Below are positions 1-9,122 of a DNA stretch of 64,000 nt, piece after piece (positions within the stretch are counted from its first letter, which is position 1; the number at the start of each line of letters is the position of its first letter). A program made the position numbers and the translations under genes. The stretch is from an uncultured Actinomycetota bacterium (GTDB taxonomy: Bacteria; Actinomycetota; Actinomycetes; Mycobacteriales; Nakamurellaceae). The DNA is taken from the NCBI GenBank assembly GCA_963730295.1, contig CAVSRE010000010.1, forward strand, positions 5,310 to 69,309. Direction: 5' to 3'. The notes under the pieces were generated by a model. The model did no database searches, had not been told where the DNA came from, and saw only the letters and a list, made by a program, of their open reading frames with translations.

Positions 1-46
1 GTCGGGGCGCCTGGGCGGGGGGTTCCCGTCTCGCAGGCCCGGCCCC

Positions 47-1096
47 TCACCGAGTCCCGCGATGGTCATCAATTGTCAGAAGTGGAGGACCGGTGGTGGT
101 TCTGATGACCAGCTCGGGGGTGACGATCTGGTCTCGGGTGTGGATGGGGTGGCGTTCGAGTCGGTCGTTGGCCCGTGTGACGGCGAGGTGGGCAAGGTGG
201 TGAGGGTTTTGCCCGACGGTGGTGAGGTTGATGTAGGAAATTTTGGCGATTCTGCTGTCGTCATAGCCGACGACCGACATTTCCTGCGGCACAGAGACTC
301 CAGCGAGTTGCAAGGTGCCGATTGCGCCGATGGCGCAGCGGTCGTTGAACGCGATGATGGCGGTGGGCCGCTGTGCGTCAGTCCGTAGTTGCCGGGCGGC
401 GGCGGCACCGTCTTCCTCACCTGGGCCGGCGGGCAGGACGAGCAGTCGGTCATCGAGGCCATGCGCGGTGGCGGCCGCGTTGAGGGCGCGGAGTCGTTCG
501 GGAGCGCCAGGTGTGCGTCCGCCGTCGAGGTAGGCGATTGACCGGTGCCCGAGGCCCATGAGGTGACCGACGGCGGATTCCATTCCAGACCGGTCGTCGG
601 TGCGGACGCAGTCCACCGCGCTGGATCTGACGTGGCGGGCGATGATCACCACGGGCAGCTTCGCCGCGAGGGTGGTGAGCGATCGGGTTGTGGCCCGCGG
701 GCCGAGGAGGATGACCGCCTCGCAGCGATCGTCGAGAACAGCGTCGATCGCTCTTGTTTCAGGCCGGGTTGGGGCGATCGCGCTGAGAACTACGTCGTAT
801 CCAGCTGGTTCGGCGGCGGCGTAGATGCCCTCGATCAGGTCACCGTGGAAGGCCTGTTCGACCTCAAAGGTCACACCCAGCAAACGGGTTCGCTGCTGCC
901 GCAGGAGCCGTGCCCGTTGATCGGGCCGGTAGCCGAGGTCGGCAGCGACCTTTTTCACCCGTTCCCGGGTGGAAGCACTGGCTCCGGGTACGTCCCGCAT
1001 CACGATTGACACCAATGGCACGGACACCCCGGCAGCGGCTGCGACGTCCGCGAGGGTTGGGCGCTTGGCCCTGGGCGGTGACTGGTCCTGTCCCAT
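47..1096 (-). CDS. LacI/GalR-family transcriptional regulator
   Basis: 349-aa ORF. N-terminal HTH (TLADVAAAAGVSVPLVSIVMRD) is followed by a sugar-binding-protein-like core. It lies divergent from a sugar/inositol-type operon. Confidence 0.85.
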   Translation of the reverse strand: MGQDQSPPRAKRPTLADVAAAAGVSVPLVSIVMRDVPGASASTRERVKKVAADLGYRPDQRARLLRQQRTRLLGVTFEVEQAFHGDLIEGIYAAAEPAGYDVVLSAIAPTRPETRAIDAVLDDRCEAVILLGPRATTRSLTTLAAKLPVVIIARHVRSSAVDCVRTDDRSGMESAVGHLMGLGHRSIAYLDGGRTPGAPERLRALNAAATAHGLDDRLLVLPAGPGEEDGAAAARQLRTDAQRPTAIIAFNDRCAIGAIGTLQLAGVSVPQEMSVVGYDDSRIAKISYINLTTVGQNPHHLAHLAVTRANDRLERHPIHTRDQIVTPELVIRTTTGPPLLTIDDHRGTR

Positions 1097-1130
1097 AGCC
1101 CAGCTCCTTCGTTGCGTGTGCCTGCAAAGC

Positions 1131-1142
1131 TAGAACGTTCCA
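1131..1142. promoter_or_regulatory. Candidate LacI-type operator (TAGAACGTTCCA, one mismatch from palindrome)
   Basis: Near copy of the perfect palindrome at 1201-1212, with a central CG. It lies 35-46 bp upstream of the LacI start. Function is inferred only. Confidence 0.4.
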
Positions 1143-1200
1143 GACATTAGCACTCGGATGTCTTGACAAACCTGGGTGGCGGGCCCTAGTTTGATCGACA

Positions 1201-1212
1201 TAGAACGTTCTA
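1201..1212. promoter_or_regulatory. Candidate LacI-type operator (perfect 12-bp palindrome TAGAACGTTCTA)
   Basis: Perfect palindrome with the central CG typical of LacI/GalR operators. It is 70 bp centre-to-centre from the 1131 site, in the divergent region between the regulator and the catabolic genes. Confidence 0.45.
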
Positions 1213-1229
1213 GATCCCGGAGGTTGTCG

Positions 1230-1421
1230 ATGGCGACGAAGCCGATGGTTGCGGTGTCGGTGTGGGGTGGTGCACATGACGGTGCACGGTTCCTGATTCC
1301 GCGTCGCAGCATCTGGGAGTCTCGTCCGTTGCAGTTCTTGGGCGATTTCTTCACCGTCGACTATGACAACCGGGTCGGCTGGACGGCGATCTACACAGCG
1401 GGTCGGACGAGCCACCGCTAA
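1230..1421 (+). CDS. Small hypothetical protein (63 aa), uncertain
   Basis: ATG at 1230 is preceded by GGAGG (1219-1223) with a 6-nt spacer. Third-codon positions are moderately GC-rich. The stop is followed by hairpin GGTCGG-N6-CCGACC (1423-1440). I recognise no family. Confidence 0.3.
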   Translation: MATKPMVAVSVWGGAHDGARFLIPRRSIWESRPLQFLGDFFTVDYDNRVGWTAIYTAGRTSHR

Positions 1422-1543
1422 CGGTCGGCGTCGCCCGACCGGAGTCGACATGGTCGGCAGCCGCCGGCCAGGGCAGGCCCAACGACGGCCGAGAGCAGTA
1501 GATGAAACGTAGGAATAGTCCATCACACTCATAAAGGAGCAGC

Positions 1544-2572
1544 ATGTCCGAGGTACAGCAGGGTCCGGTGCGGGTGGCGTTGATCGGTTCGGGACGGATG
1601 GGTTCGTTTCACGGAGAGACCCTGGCGCACCGCCTGCCCGGTGCTCAACTGGCGGCGGTGGCCGATCCCGCGCCAGGTGCGGCGGAGAGGCTGGCGGCCG
1701 CACTGGGGGCCCCGAAGTTCTACACCGATCCGGGAGAGGTGTTCGCCGACCCGGACATCGATGCCGTGGTGATCGCGGCACCGGCGCGCTTCCACGCCGA
1801 TCTGGTTGTGGGTGCTGCCGCCGCCGGCAAGGGCGTGTTCTGCGAGAAGCCAATGGCAGTCTCCCTTGCCGACGCCGACCGGGCCATTGACGCGGCCCGC
1901 GCGGCCGGCGTGGTGCTGCAGGTCGGCTTCAACCGGCGGTTCGCGCCGGACTGGGCCGCGGCCCGAGCCCTGCTGGACGACGGCCGGTTGGGCACACCCC
2001 GGTTGCTGCGTTCGGTGACCCGTGATCCGGGCGGTTTCGACCCGGCCCGGGTCGCGCCGAACACGATCTTCCTGGAGACCCTGATCCATGACTTCGACAC
2101 GCTGCGGTTCCTGAACCCGGGTGCGGGCGCCGTGGAGGTGTTCGCCACCGCGACCGCATTGGTCGAACCGGATTGGAGAGACCGCGGACTGCTCGACACC
2201 GCCGTCGTCGTCGTCCGTTTCGACAATGGTGCGGTTGGCACCGCCGAGGCCTGCTTCGAGGCCGCCTACGGATACGACGTCCGCGGCGAGGTTTTCGGCT
2301 CCGGTGGGATGGCCACGATGGGCGACGGACGAAAGACCGGAATGGTCTTCTCCGGTGCGACCGGCCAACTGGCTGACACCGCCCGCGGCGACCAGGAACT
2401 TCTCTCCGGTGCCTACGTCGCGGAGTTGGCGGCGTTCGTCGATGCCGTCCGGACCGGAACGCCGGCACCGGTCACCGGCGAGGATGCCCGCGCCGCGATG
2501 GAGATTGCGCTGGCCGCAGCCGAATCGGTCGTCTCGGGTCGTCCGGTGCTGATCGAGGAGCTGCCAGAATGA
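1544..2572 (+). CDS. Gfo/Idh/MocA-family NAD(P) oxidoreductase, inositol 2-dehydrogenase-like
   Basis: Rossmann start VRVALIGSGRMGSFH and the FCEKPMA (EKP) motif. AAAGGAG lies upstream of the ATG. Its stop overlaps the next start (ATGA). Confidence 0.85.
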   Translation: MSEVQQGPVRVALIGSGRMGSFHGETLAHRLPGAQLAAVADPAPGAAERLAAALGAPKFYTDPGEVFADPDIDAVVIAAPARFHADLVVGAAAAGKGVFCEKPMAVSLADADRAIDAARAAGVVLQVGFNRRFAPDWAAARALLDDGRLGTPRLLRSVTRDPGGFDPARVAPNTIFLETLIHDFDTLRFLNPGAGAVEVFATATALVEPDWRDRGLLDTAVVVVRFDNGAVGTAEACFEAAYGYDVRGEVFGSGGMATMGDGRKTGMVFSGATGQLADTARGDQELLSGAYVAELAAFVDAVRTGTPAPVTGEDARAAMEIALAAAESVVSGRPVLIEELPE

Positions 2573-3360
2573 GTTTCCGCCTCGCGGTGTCTGCCGAGAT
2601 GGTCTTCACCGAGCTGCCGTTCACCGACCGCGTCCGCCGCATCGACGAGTTGGGCTACGAGGTGGAAATCTGGGACTGGACGAAGAAGGACATCGCCGCA
2701 CTGGTCAACACGGGTGCCACCTTCTCCTCGATGACCGGTTACATCACCGGCACTCTCGCCGATCCCGACGGGGCGGCTGAGTTGCTCCGCACCGCCGAGC
2801 AGTCCCTGAAGGTGGCCGAGCAGTTGAACTGCCCGCGGCTGAATGTGCACGGTACCGGGCTGGACGACAAGGGTCTGCCGGTGATCGCCACCGAGATCGT
2901 TTCACCGGAGATGTGGCTGACTGCGGCCCGCACCCTGACCAGCCTCGCCGAGCTCGGTGAACGGGCCGGTCGGGTGTTCACGCTGGAAAACCTGAATACC
3001 GCTGTAGACCACCCGGGAACCCCGTTCGCCAAGGCCGCGGACACCCTGGCGCTGGTCGAAGCGGTCGACAATCCGCACCTGCGGATGAATCTCGACCTCT
3101 ACCACGCTCAGATCGGGGAGGGCAACCTCGTCCAACTCGTCGAGCGGGCCCTTCCCATGGTCGGCGAGATCCAGGTCGCGGACGTCCCCGGCCGCTGCGA
3201 ACCCGGCACCGGCGAAATTCACTACCCGGCGGTTGCCGCCGCCCTCAACCGGTTGGGCTACGACGGCGTCGTCGGCCTCGAAGCCTTCGCATCCGGTGAT
3301 TCCCTGGCGGCGCTCGACCGCTTCCGTAGCGCCTTTACCGTGCCAGCACTCAGCACCTGA
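2569..3360 (+). CDS. Xylose-isomerase-like TIM-barrel protein (hydroxypyruvate isomerase / IolI-like family)
   Basis: 263 aa, translationally coupled to the dehydrogenase. The conserved pattern (LNVHGTG ... FTLENLN ... LDLYHAQ ... GEIQVADVPGR) matches the Hyi-like sugar isomerase/epimerase fold. Confidence 0.8.
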   Translation: MSFRLAVSAEMVFTELPFTDRVRRIDELGYEVEIWDWTKKDIAALVNTGATFSSMTGYITGTLADPDGAAELLRTAEQSLKVAEQLNCPRLNVHGTGLDDKGLPVIATEIVSPEMWLTAARTLTSLAELGERAGRVFTLENLNTAVDHPGTPFAKAADTLALVEAVDNPHLRMNLDLYHAQIGEGNLVQLVERALPMVGEIQVADVPGRCEPGTGEIHYPAVAAALNRLGYDGVVGLEAFASGDSLAALDRFRSAFTVPALST

Positions 3361-3605
3361 CCGAGAGGTCCGTCGCAGGTCGGGACCGCGTTCCAGCGAA
3401 CCCTGCCATCAGAACGCGCTGCGACCGTCGATCTTTGCGTCCGTTCACCCCGAGGTACCCGCGAAGGGAAGGTTTGTCGATGGAGCAGCTGCATCTCGAC
3501 GTCGACAAGCGCAGCCCCATCCCGCTCTATCGCCACGGCCCGCACTAGTCGTAACGTCCCACCCAGCAAGCTCAACCTGCCCATTCCCTACCGAAAGGAT
3601 GTCAT

Positions 3606-4490
3606 GTGACCACCGCAGCTGCCGACCGCATCGCGGGAGCCCCCATCTCCTGGGGTGTCTGCGAAGTACCCGGATGGGGTTACCAACTTGACCTCTCTCG
3701 AGTATTCACCGAGATGCGCGAGATCGGTTTAACCGCAACCGAGTTCGGCCCCGACGGGTTCCTGCCGGCATCTCCTGAAGGTAAGGCACAGACCCTGGCC
3801 GACCACGGTCTTCATGGGCTGGGCAGCTTCACGCCCGTGGTCTTGTACCGTGACGACATCGATCCTGCGCCCGCCGTCGACCAGGTACTGGACGGTTTCA
3901 CCGCCGTTGGCGCGACGGTGCTGGTGCTGTCCGCGGACAGCGGGATGATCGGTTATGACTCCCGACCGGATCTGGACAGTGTCGGCTGGACGACACTGTT
4001 GAAAAACCTCGACCGGCTCGCGGAACTAGCCGCGGCCCGCGGAGTGACAGCAGTGCTACACCCGCATGTCGGAACCATGATCGAGAAGCCCGGCGAGGTC
4101 CAGCGGGTACTGGAGAACTCGTCGATCTCCCTGTGCCTGGATACCGGTCACCTGCTCATTGGCGGTACGGACCCGGCCGAGTTGACGAGGCAAGCGCCCG
4201 AGCGGATCGCCCACACCCATCTCAAAGACGTGGACGCTGCACTGGCCAAAAGGGTGCAGGCCGGTGACCTGACCTACACGGAGGCGGTCCGAAAGGGCAT
4301 GTACAAGATACTTGGCCAGGGTGATGTCGACATTGCCGGCGTCATCCGCGAACTTGAAAGCCACGGCTATGACGGCTGGTACGTCCTTGAGCAGGACACC
4401 ATCCTCGATGGCGAACCAATGGGTGCCGGTCCTGTTGCCGCGGTAGAGGCAAGTGCAAACTATGTCCGGTCGGTGCTGTCGGGCAAATAG
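3606..4490 (+). CDS. Sugar phosphate isomerase/epimerase (inosose dehydratase IolE-like)
   Basis: 294 aa with a GTG start. GAPISWGVCEVPGWG at the N-terminus plus the LHPHVGT and LDTGHL metal-site motifs match the AP-endonuclease-2/IolE-like TIM barrel. Confidence 0.8.
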   Translation: MTTAAADRIAGAPISWGVCEVPGWGYQLDLSRVFTEMREIGLTATEFGPDGFLPASPEGKAQTLADHGLHGLGSFTPVVLYRDDIDPAPAVDQVLDGFTAVGATVLVLSADSGMIGYDSRPDLDSVGWTTLLKNLDRLAELAAARGVTAVLHPHVGTMIEKPGEVQRVLENSSISLCLDTGHLLIGGTDPAELTRQAPERIAHTHLKDVDAALAKRVQAGDLTYTEAVRKGMYKILGQGDVDIAGVIRELESHGYDGWYVLEQDTILDGEPMGAGPVAAVEASANYVRSVLSGK

Positions 4491-4665
4491 TTGAATTCGT
4501 CAGCCCAGTCAACTCCTGGGAAGAGTTCCGGTACCGAATTCGGATCGGTCCTAGCCATCTGTCACAGGCAACGCAAACGGACCAGGATGACGGCTATGGG
4601 TTCGAGGGCCGCCTGGGCCGAAAATCCCGTTATTGTCGGGTGTGGTTCGGTCCGTTGATAAACGC

Positions 4666-5106
4666 TCAAACGGTATAGTCCCGGAAATCCCCGGAGCGGA
4701 CGAAATCCGCGGTGGCGGTCAACACAGCGGCGAGTTTCCGACCTCCCGTTCCACCAACCTGACCCGACACGACATCTGCGCTTATGTCGAGGTCGCGGGC
4801 CAGTCGGTCGGCCGGAAAATCACGTGCTTCCAGCACCGTCGCCAACCAGGCGACCTCCGGCCGGATATCGAGTTCGCCGTTCACCGAATCCGTCGCCCAT
4901 TTCAATAGGTGCTGATTATCGTGCACACACCACGCGATACCGGCATCTCCATAGCGCTCCCGCTCATCAGGGTATTCCAGCGCGTAACGCTCACAGATGG
5001 CAGTGGCCAGCGCAACGAGGTCGAGAGTTTCACCCGCACCAAGCGGCGATGAGACCTTGGGTGCCTCGTCCCCACCCTCCGGTGGTTGCAAGCGGCGCCC
5101 GGTCAT
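4666..5106 (-). CDS. Hypothetical protein (146 aa)
   Basis: The ORF has a protein-like composition. Its start overlaps the stop of the upstream ABM gene by 4 nt. I recognise no family. Confidence 0.55.
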   Translation of the reverse strand: MTGRRLQPPEGGDEAPKVSSPLGAGETLDLVALATAICERYALEYPDERERYGDAGIAWCVHDNQHLLKWATDSVNGELDIRPEVAWLATVLEARDFPADRLARDLDISADVVSGQVGGTGGRKLAAVLTATADFVRSGDFRDYTV

Positions 5107-5411
5107 TCGGCGACCACGTCGAAGGTGTGCATGCTCTCCAGCCGTTCAAGTTTGACAGCATGTCTCAACAACGGATCCATCCGATCGTGGGATACGCGGT
5201 GGTCGTTGCTCTTCATGTACTCCCGAAAGGCATCCCTATCTCGCCACCAGCTGACCATGAGCACTTCGGCAGGGTCACGGTCGGATCTCCACACCTGTAG
5301 ATCGACGAACCCATCGTGGGACTCCACCAGTCCCGCGCGCTGCCCGAAGGCAGCGACGAGTTCATCGGACCTGTCGACCTCGACTCGCAGACGGGACATC
5401 GAGATATACAT
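5103..5411 (-). CDS. Antibiotic-biosynthesis-monooxygenase (ABM) domain protein, heme-degrading-monooxygenase-like
   Basis: 102 aa. The pattern (SRLRV...FVDLQVWRS...VLMVSWWRDRDAFREYMKS..H) matches the ABM ferredoxin-like fold. Confidence 0.75.
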   Translation of the reverse strand: MYISMSRLRVEVDRSDELVAAFGQRAGLVESHDGFVDLQVWRSDRDPAEVLMVSWWRDRDAFREYMKSNDHRVSHDRMDPLLRHAVKLERLESMHTFDVVAE

Positions 5412-5577
5412 GAACGCACCTTATGTCAAACAGGAGAAAGAGGATGATTCCAGACAGGCTCGTGATCTTGGCGCGGGCGCGTATCGGCCGAGAACCCGCC
5501 TGGTGTGACAACGCATCAGCGCATGCCGCGCACTTTTAGCTTGTGAGCCTGCCGTACAGCTCGGGTCATCGATCTGC

Positions 5578-5944
5578 TTGGACGTTGCTGAACTGGCTGA
5601 TGTCCTTCACCAGCCTGTCGCCCAGACGGCACTCCACCACGATGGTGGCGGGCCCATCTGCGGCCCCGCCACCGGCGACGGGCCACCCATCGGCGACGCG
5701 TCCGAACAACCCGAACTGCTGCTGCGCACACTGAGCACCTTCCTGGAGTCCAACGGAGCCTGGGAACAAGCGGCCAACGCACTCCAAGTACACCGACACA
5801 CTATGCGCAACAGGATCATCCGAATCGAACAGATTACCGGCAAACGCCTCGACACCCGCCCAGGACCGCTTCGGACTCTGGCTCGCCCTTCGCGTCTGCG
5901 ATCTCGCCCGCGCCGAAGGACCGCTCCACACGCCGACCCCGTAA
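5578..5944 (+). pseudogene. PucR/CdaR-family regulator remnant (C-terminal HTH only, frameshifted)
   Basis: Translation contains LLRTLSTFLESNGAWEQAANALQVHRHTMRNRIIRIEQITGKRLD, the PucR C-terminal HTH. The expected ending QDRFGLWLALRVCDLA...TAA (5861-5944) sits in a different frame, so an indel lies near 5855-5862. There is no N-terminal domain upstream. Confidence 0.5.
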
Positions 5945-6296
5945 AGCTCGGCGGTGTCGGTGAAGAGCCGCTGCCAGCCTGCGGAGGTAGTCAGTGATCT
6001 GTTCCGATAGCCAACCTCAGACGAACGGGCCGGCGGCCGAGATCAACACGCCGACACCAGGACCGACCCAGCTATTCAGGAGTCTCCTGGGTAGGCCTCT
6101 TGCTCCATCTGCTCCCGGTGCTTGCCTGAGTCGGGCGGATCGGCCGCGAACCTCGGGGGTGGCAGGGCTGGTCGGCGTGCGCTGCCCGACACGGTCGTGC
6201 GGCGTGGGTGGCCGCCGGTGCGCAGGCCACCGCGCAACGTTGCGAACCTGGAAGCACCGGTGACGGATCGCGTTCCGATGAACGTGACGGGCCCGG

Positions 6297-7175
6297 TCAC
6301 CGACCTGCGGGGTCGTGGGACCGGATGAACCGCAGCACACCGGAGTTGAACTCGTCGGGGTGGCTGGTGAACATGTTATGGGTTGCCCCCCGGATGGTCA
6401 GTCGTTCCGCATCCGGTATCAGCTTCGTCAGGCGGTCGGTGACTGCCGTGATGTGCGCGGGTGACTTCGCGCCCGAGACCAGCAGTGTCGGCGTTGGTAT
6501 GGCCCTGGCATCAGCGGCGCTGAACGGGGGGAACCCGGCCTTGAGCTGAGCCTTCAGGGGGCCGACATTGTCGACGAATCGTTGGAACATCGCCTCGGGG
6601 ATGCCGTCCACGACCGCGTCGCTGGTGTTGGCGGCCATGAAGGCCCGCAGCGCTGCCGTGTCGTCGCCGCGTTGGAACGCTGTGATGGCCGGGCGGACCC
6701 CTTTGGCGCCGAACTTGATGAAGCCGATGCCGGCGCGGGGGTGCCGGATCAGCAGCTTGATCACCTGTGCTGGTCGGGGTGGGATGTTGACGCCCAGCAG
6801 CGGGAAGACGGGCGGCTCGAGCAGCACCAGGGTCCGGAGAAGGTCCGGGTGCTGGCCGGCGAGGCGCAGACCGCCGAAGCCGCCGGGGGAGGAATGCCCG
6901 ACCAGGTGCACCGGGCCCGCGTCGAGTGCCCGGATGAACTGGGCCAAGTCATCGACGAACGTGTCGAGGGTGATCGATTCGTCCGCACGCAGCTTCGGGT
7001 TCGGCCAGGCCCCGCGGCAGCTGAGCGCAATCACCCGGTGGCCGGCCCCGAACGCGTCCATCTGTTGCTCCCAGACGCGGTAGTCACCGGTGCCACCGTG
7101 GACGAGTAGCACGGGCTCGCCCCGCCCTTGTTCGACGTAGGCGAGATCAACTCCGTTGACCGTGGCTGTGGACAT
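6297..7175 (-). CDS. Alpha/beta hydrolase
   Basis: Start ATG at 7173-7175 with GAAGGAGGA upstream. Motifs are VLLVHGG and the nucleophile elbow VGHSSPGG. The 151 codons upstream in the track ORF are Arg/Gly-rich and overlap the next gene. Confidence 0.8.
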   Translation of the reverse strand: MSTATVNGVDLAYVEQGRGEPVLLVHGGTGDYRVWEQQMDAFGAGHRVIALSCRGAWPNPKLRADESITLDTFVDDLAQFIRALDAGPVHLVGHSSPGGFGGLRLAGQHPDLLRTLVLLEPPVFPLLGVNIPPRPAQVIKLLIRHPRAGIGFIKFGAKGVRPAITAFQRGDDTAALRAFMAANTSDAVVDGIPEAMFQRFVDNVGPLKAQLKAGFPPFSAADARAIPTPTLLVSGAKSPAHITAVTDRLTKLIPDAERLTIRGATHNMFTSHPDEFNSGVLRFIRSHDPAGR

Positions 7176-7243
7176 TTGTCGTCCTCCTTCGGGTCGCCGC
7201 GAGGGCCGTTCATGCCGGTCCACCACGGGTTGCACTCCCGACG

Positions 7244-8842
7244 CTAGGACCGCCGCGATGCGTCGCCCATCGGGAATTCTCCCCATGCCACCAGGCCGTG
7301 CTCCATGGCGAACACCGTCGCCGCGGCGCGGGAGGACACCCCGATCTTGGCGTAGATGTTCTGCACGTGGCGGTCCGCGGTCTTCACCGAGACGCCGAGC
7401 GCCTTGGCCACCTGCTTGGTCTGCAGGCCGCGGACCAGCAGTGCCAGCACCTGACCCTCGCGTTCGGTCAGACCGAAGGGGTGATCCAGGCGTGGCACCG
7501 GCTGGCCGGCCGACTCGATCACGGCGGCCACGGCGTCCGGGTCGAGACGACCTGCTTTTGCCTCGGCGACAAGGACCTGCGCGGCCTGCCTGGTTGTCAT
7601 GCCCGCACGGTGCGGACGGTGTTCGCACTTGGTGTGGAACATGTCCGCCGCGGCCAGCAGTCGGGCGGGCATGCTCAGCTCGGCGGCGGACATGCCCCGG
7701 TGGTAGCCGGACCGGTCAAGACGCTCGTGGTGAGCGCACGCGACCGGCGCGAGGTCGGCCAGGAATGCCGCACGGGACAGCACCCGCCCGGTGCGGTACG
7801 GATGCAGACGCACCTGCTCCCACTCGTCGGCGCTCAGCGGCCCGGGCTTGCCCCAGATGGCGGCGCTGACGGCAACCCGGCCCAGGTCGTGCAGCAGGCC
7901 GGCGCGCCGGACCGCCCGGGTATCGGCGGCATCCATCCCGCAGCGCGGCGCCGCGGCCGCCGCCAGGTCGGCCACCCCGCTCGAATGGCCCGAGTGGTAG
8001 GGGCAGACGAGGTCGGCAAAACGACCCATCGCCGCGAGCCCGCGATCGACCTGCTCACCGGCCAACCTCAACCACGGCCGCGGTTCGACGGCGAGGGCCT
8101 CCTCCCACACCGACGAGCCGCCGGTGATGCTCAGCAACTCGCGGGCATCCGCGGCCAGGCACCCGGCCACGTCGGGGTCGAGCCCTTTGCCTGCGCGTTC
8201 GCCGATTAGTTGGGCCGCGAACGCCTCGCCCGCCAGATGGCGCTGCAACGCCGCGTCGATCGCGACATGCACGATCCGGATCGAGAGGGGGATCGCCTCG
8301 CCCGCCGCGCGACGCAGCGGGCCCTTGCCGTCCCAGCGGTCGGCCAGGTGGGCCAGGCTCGCGGCGACCGCGGCCGGGGCACCGGTTTGCTCGGCGAGCA
8401 TCCCCGCCACCTCACAGTTGGCTGCGATCGCCGGCCGGGACATCCGGATCATCCGGGGCAGGCGCCGCGCGATCTGTACCGCGCGGGCCGGACCCCAAAC
8501 GCCCGGGTCGGGAAGCGCCCGGACCATACCGGTCATCACCTCACGGCCGGAGCCGTACAACACCGGGTTGAGGTGTTCGGTCATGGAACCGCCGAACACC
8601 TCGGCCGCCACATGCGCATCCGTCGTGCAGCCAGCGTGCGACAGCAGACTCCCGTAATACGTCTGCACCGCGGTCGGACGGTCGACACCGAGCCGATCGG
8701 CCAACCGCATCGCGATCACGGTCGTCTGCAAGCCGTGCTCGAACGGGAACCCCATGCCCAGATCAGTGGCCAGGCATAAAGTTCCAATGACCTCCGCGGT
8801 GCGCAACTGCTCCGCCGCGTCCCCAGCACCGTGCGGACCCAC
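7244..8842 (-). CDS. Tandem HD-domain (HD-GYP-like) protein fused to a LuxR-type HTH
   Basis: 532 aa. The second HD module has LLHDLGR and HHERLDRSGYHRG. The C-terminus LTEREGQVLALLVRGLQTKQVAKALGVSVKTADRHVQNIYAKIGV is a LuxR/GerE HTH. Confidence 0.8.
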   Translation of the reverse strand: MGPHGAGDAAEQLRTAEVIGTLCLATDLGMGFPFEHGLQTTVIAMRLADRLGVDRPTAVQTYYGSLLSHAGCTTDAHVAAEVFGGSMTEHLNPVLYGSGREVMTGMVRALPDPGVWGPARAVQIARRLPRMIRMSRPAIAANCEVAGMLAEQTGAPAAVAASLAHLADRWDGKGPLRRAAGEAIPLSIRIVHVAIDAALQRHLAGEAFAAQLIGERAGKGLDPDVAGCLAADARELLSITGGSSVWEEALAVEPRPWLRLAGEQVDRGLAAMGRFADLVCPYHSGHSSGVADLAAAAAPRCGMDAADTRAVRRAGLLHDLGRVAVSAAIWGKPGPLSADEWEQVRLHPYRTGRVLSRAAFLADLAPVACAHHERLDRSGYHRGMSAAELSMPARLLAAADMFHTKCEHRPHRAGMTTRQAAQVLVAEAKAGRLDPDAVAAVIESAGQPVPRLDHPFGLTEREGQVLALLVRGLQTKQVAKALGVSVKTADRHVQNIYAKIGVSSRAAATVFAMEHGLVAWGEFPMGDASRRS

Positions 8843-9122
8843 GCCGCGAGACTACTCAGGACTCAGCCGAACTCGACGACATGATGCGGGCCAGCGGGAT
8901 CATCGGCCATTTCGGCCTGCTGCCCCGGACCGCTGGACGATGACGGGCGTCCGAGGAACACCAGTGCTCGAGGCGGCGCACCCGGGCTGGCCGGCGTGGG
9001 CCCGCACTGGCTGACCGGGCGCTGTTCGGACACCCGGCCGGGGCGTCCCAGGATGCGGCCACGGCGGCCGCCCAAGTGCAGGCGGCGTTGACCGGTCATC
9101 GCGGCGGCCCGTATTCTGGTCG

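Noticed and set aside
864-1853. 329-aa minus-strand ORF spanning the LacI 5' end, the intergenic region and the dehydrogenase 5' end
   Set aside because: It has an extreme Arg/Pro composition, crosses a divergent promoter region and overlaps two genes with clear family motifs. This is a typical high-GC shadow frame.
7176-7628. 151-codon upstream extension of the alpha/beta-hydrolase ORF
   Set aside because: It is Arg/Gly-rich and overlaps the 3' end of the HD-LuxR gene. An ATG with a strong RBS at 7175 starts the recognisable hydrolase.
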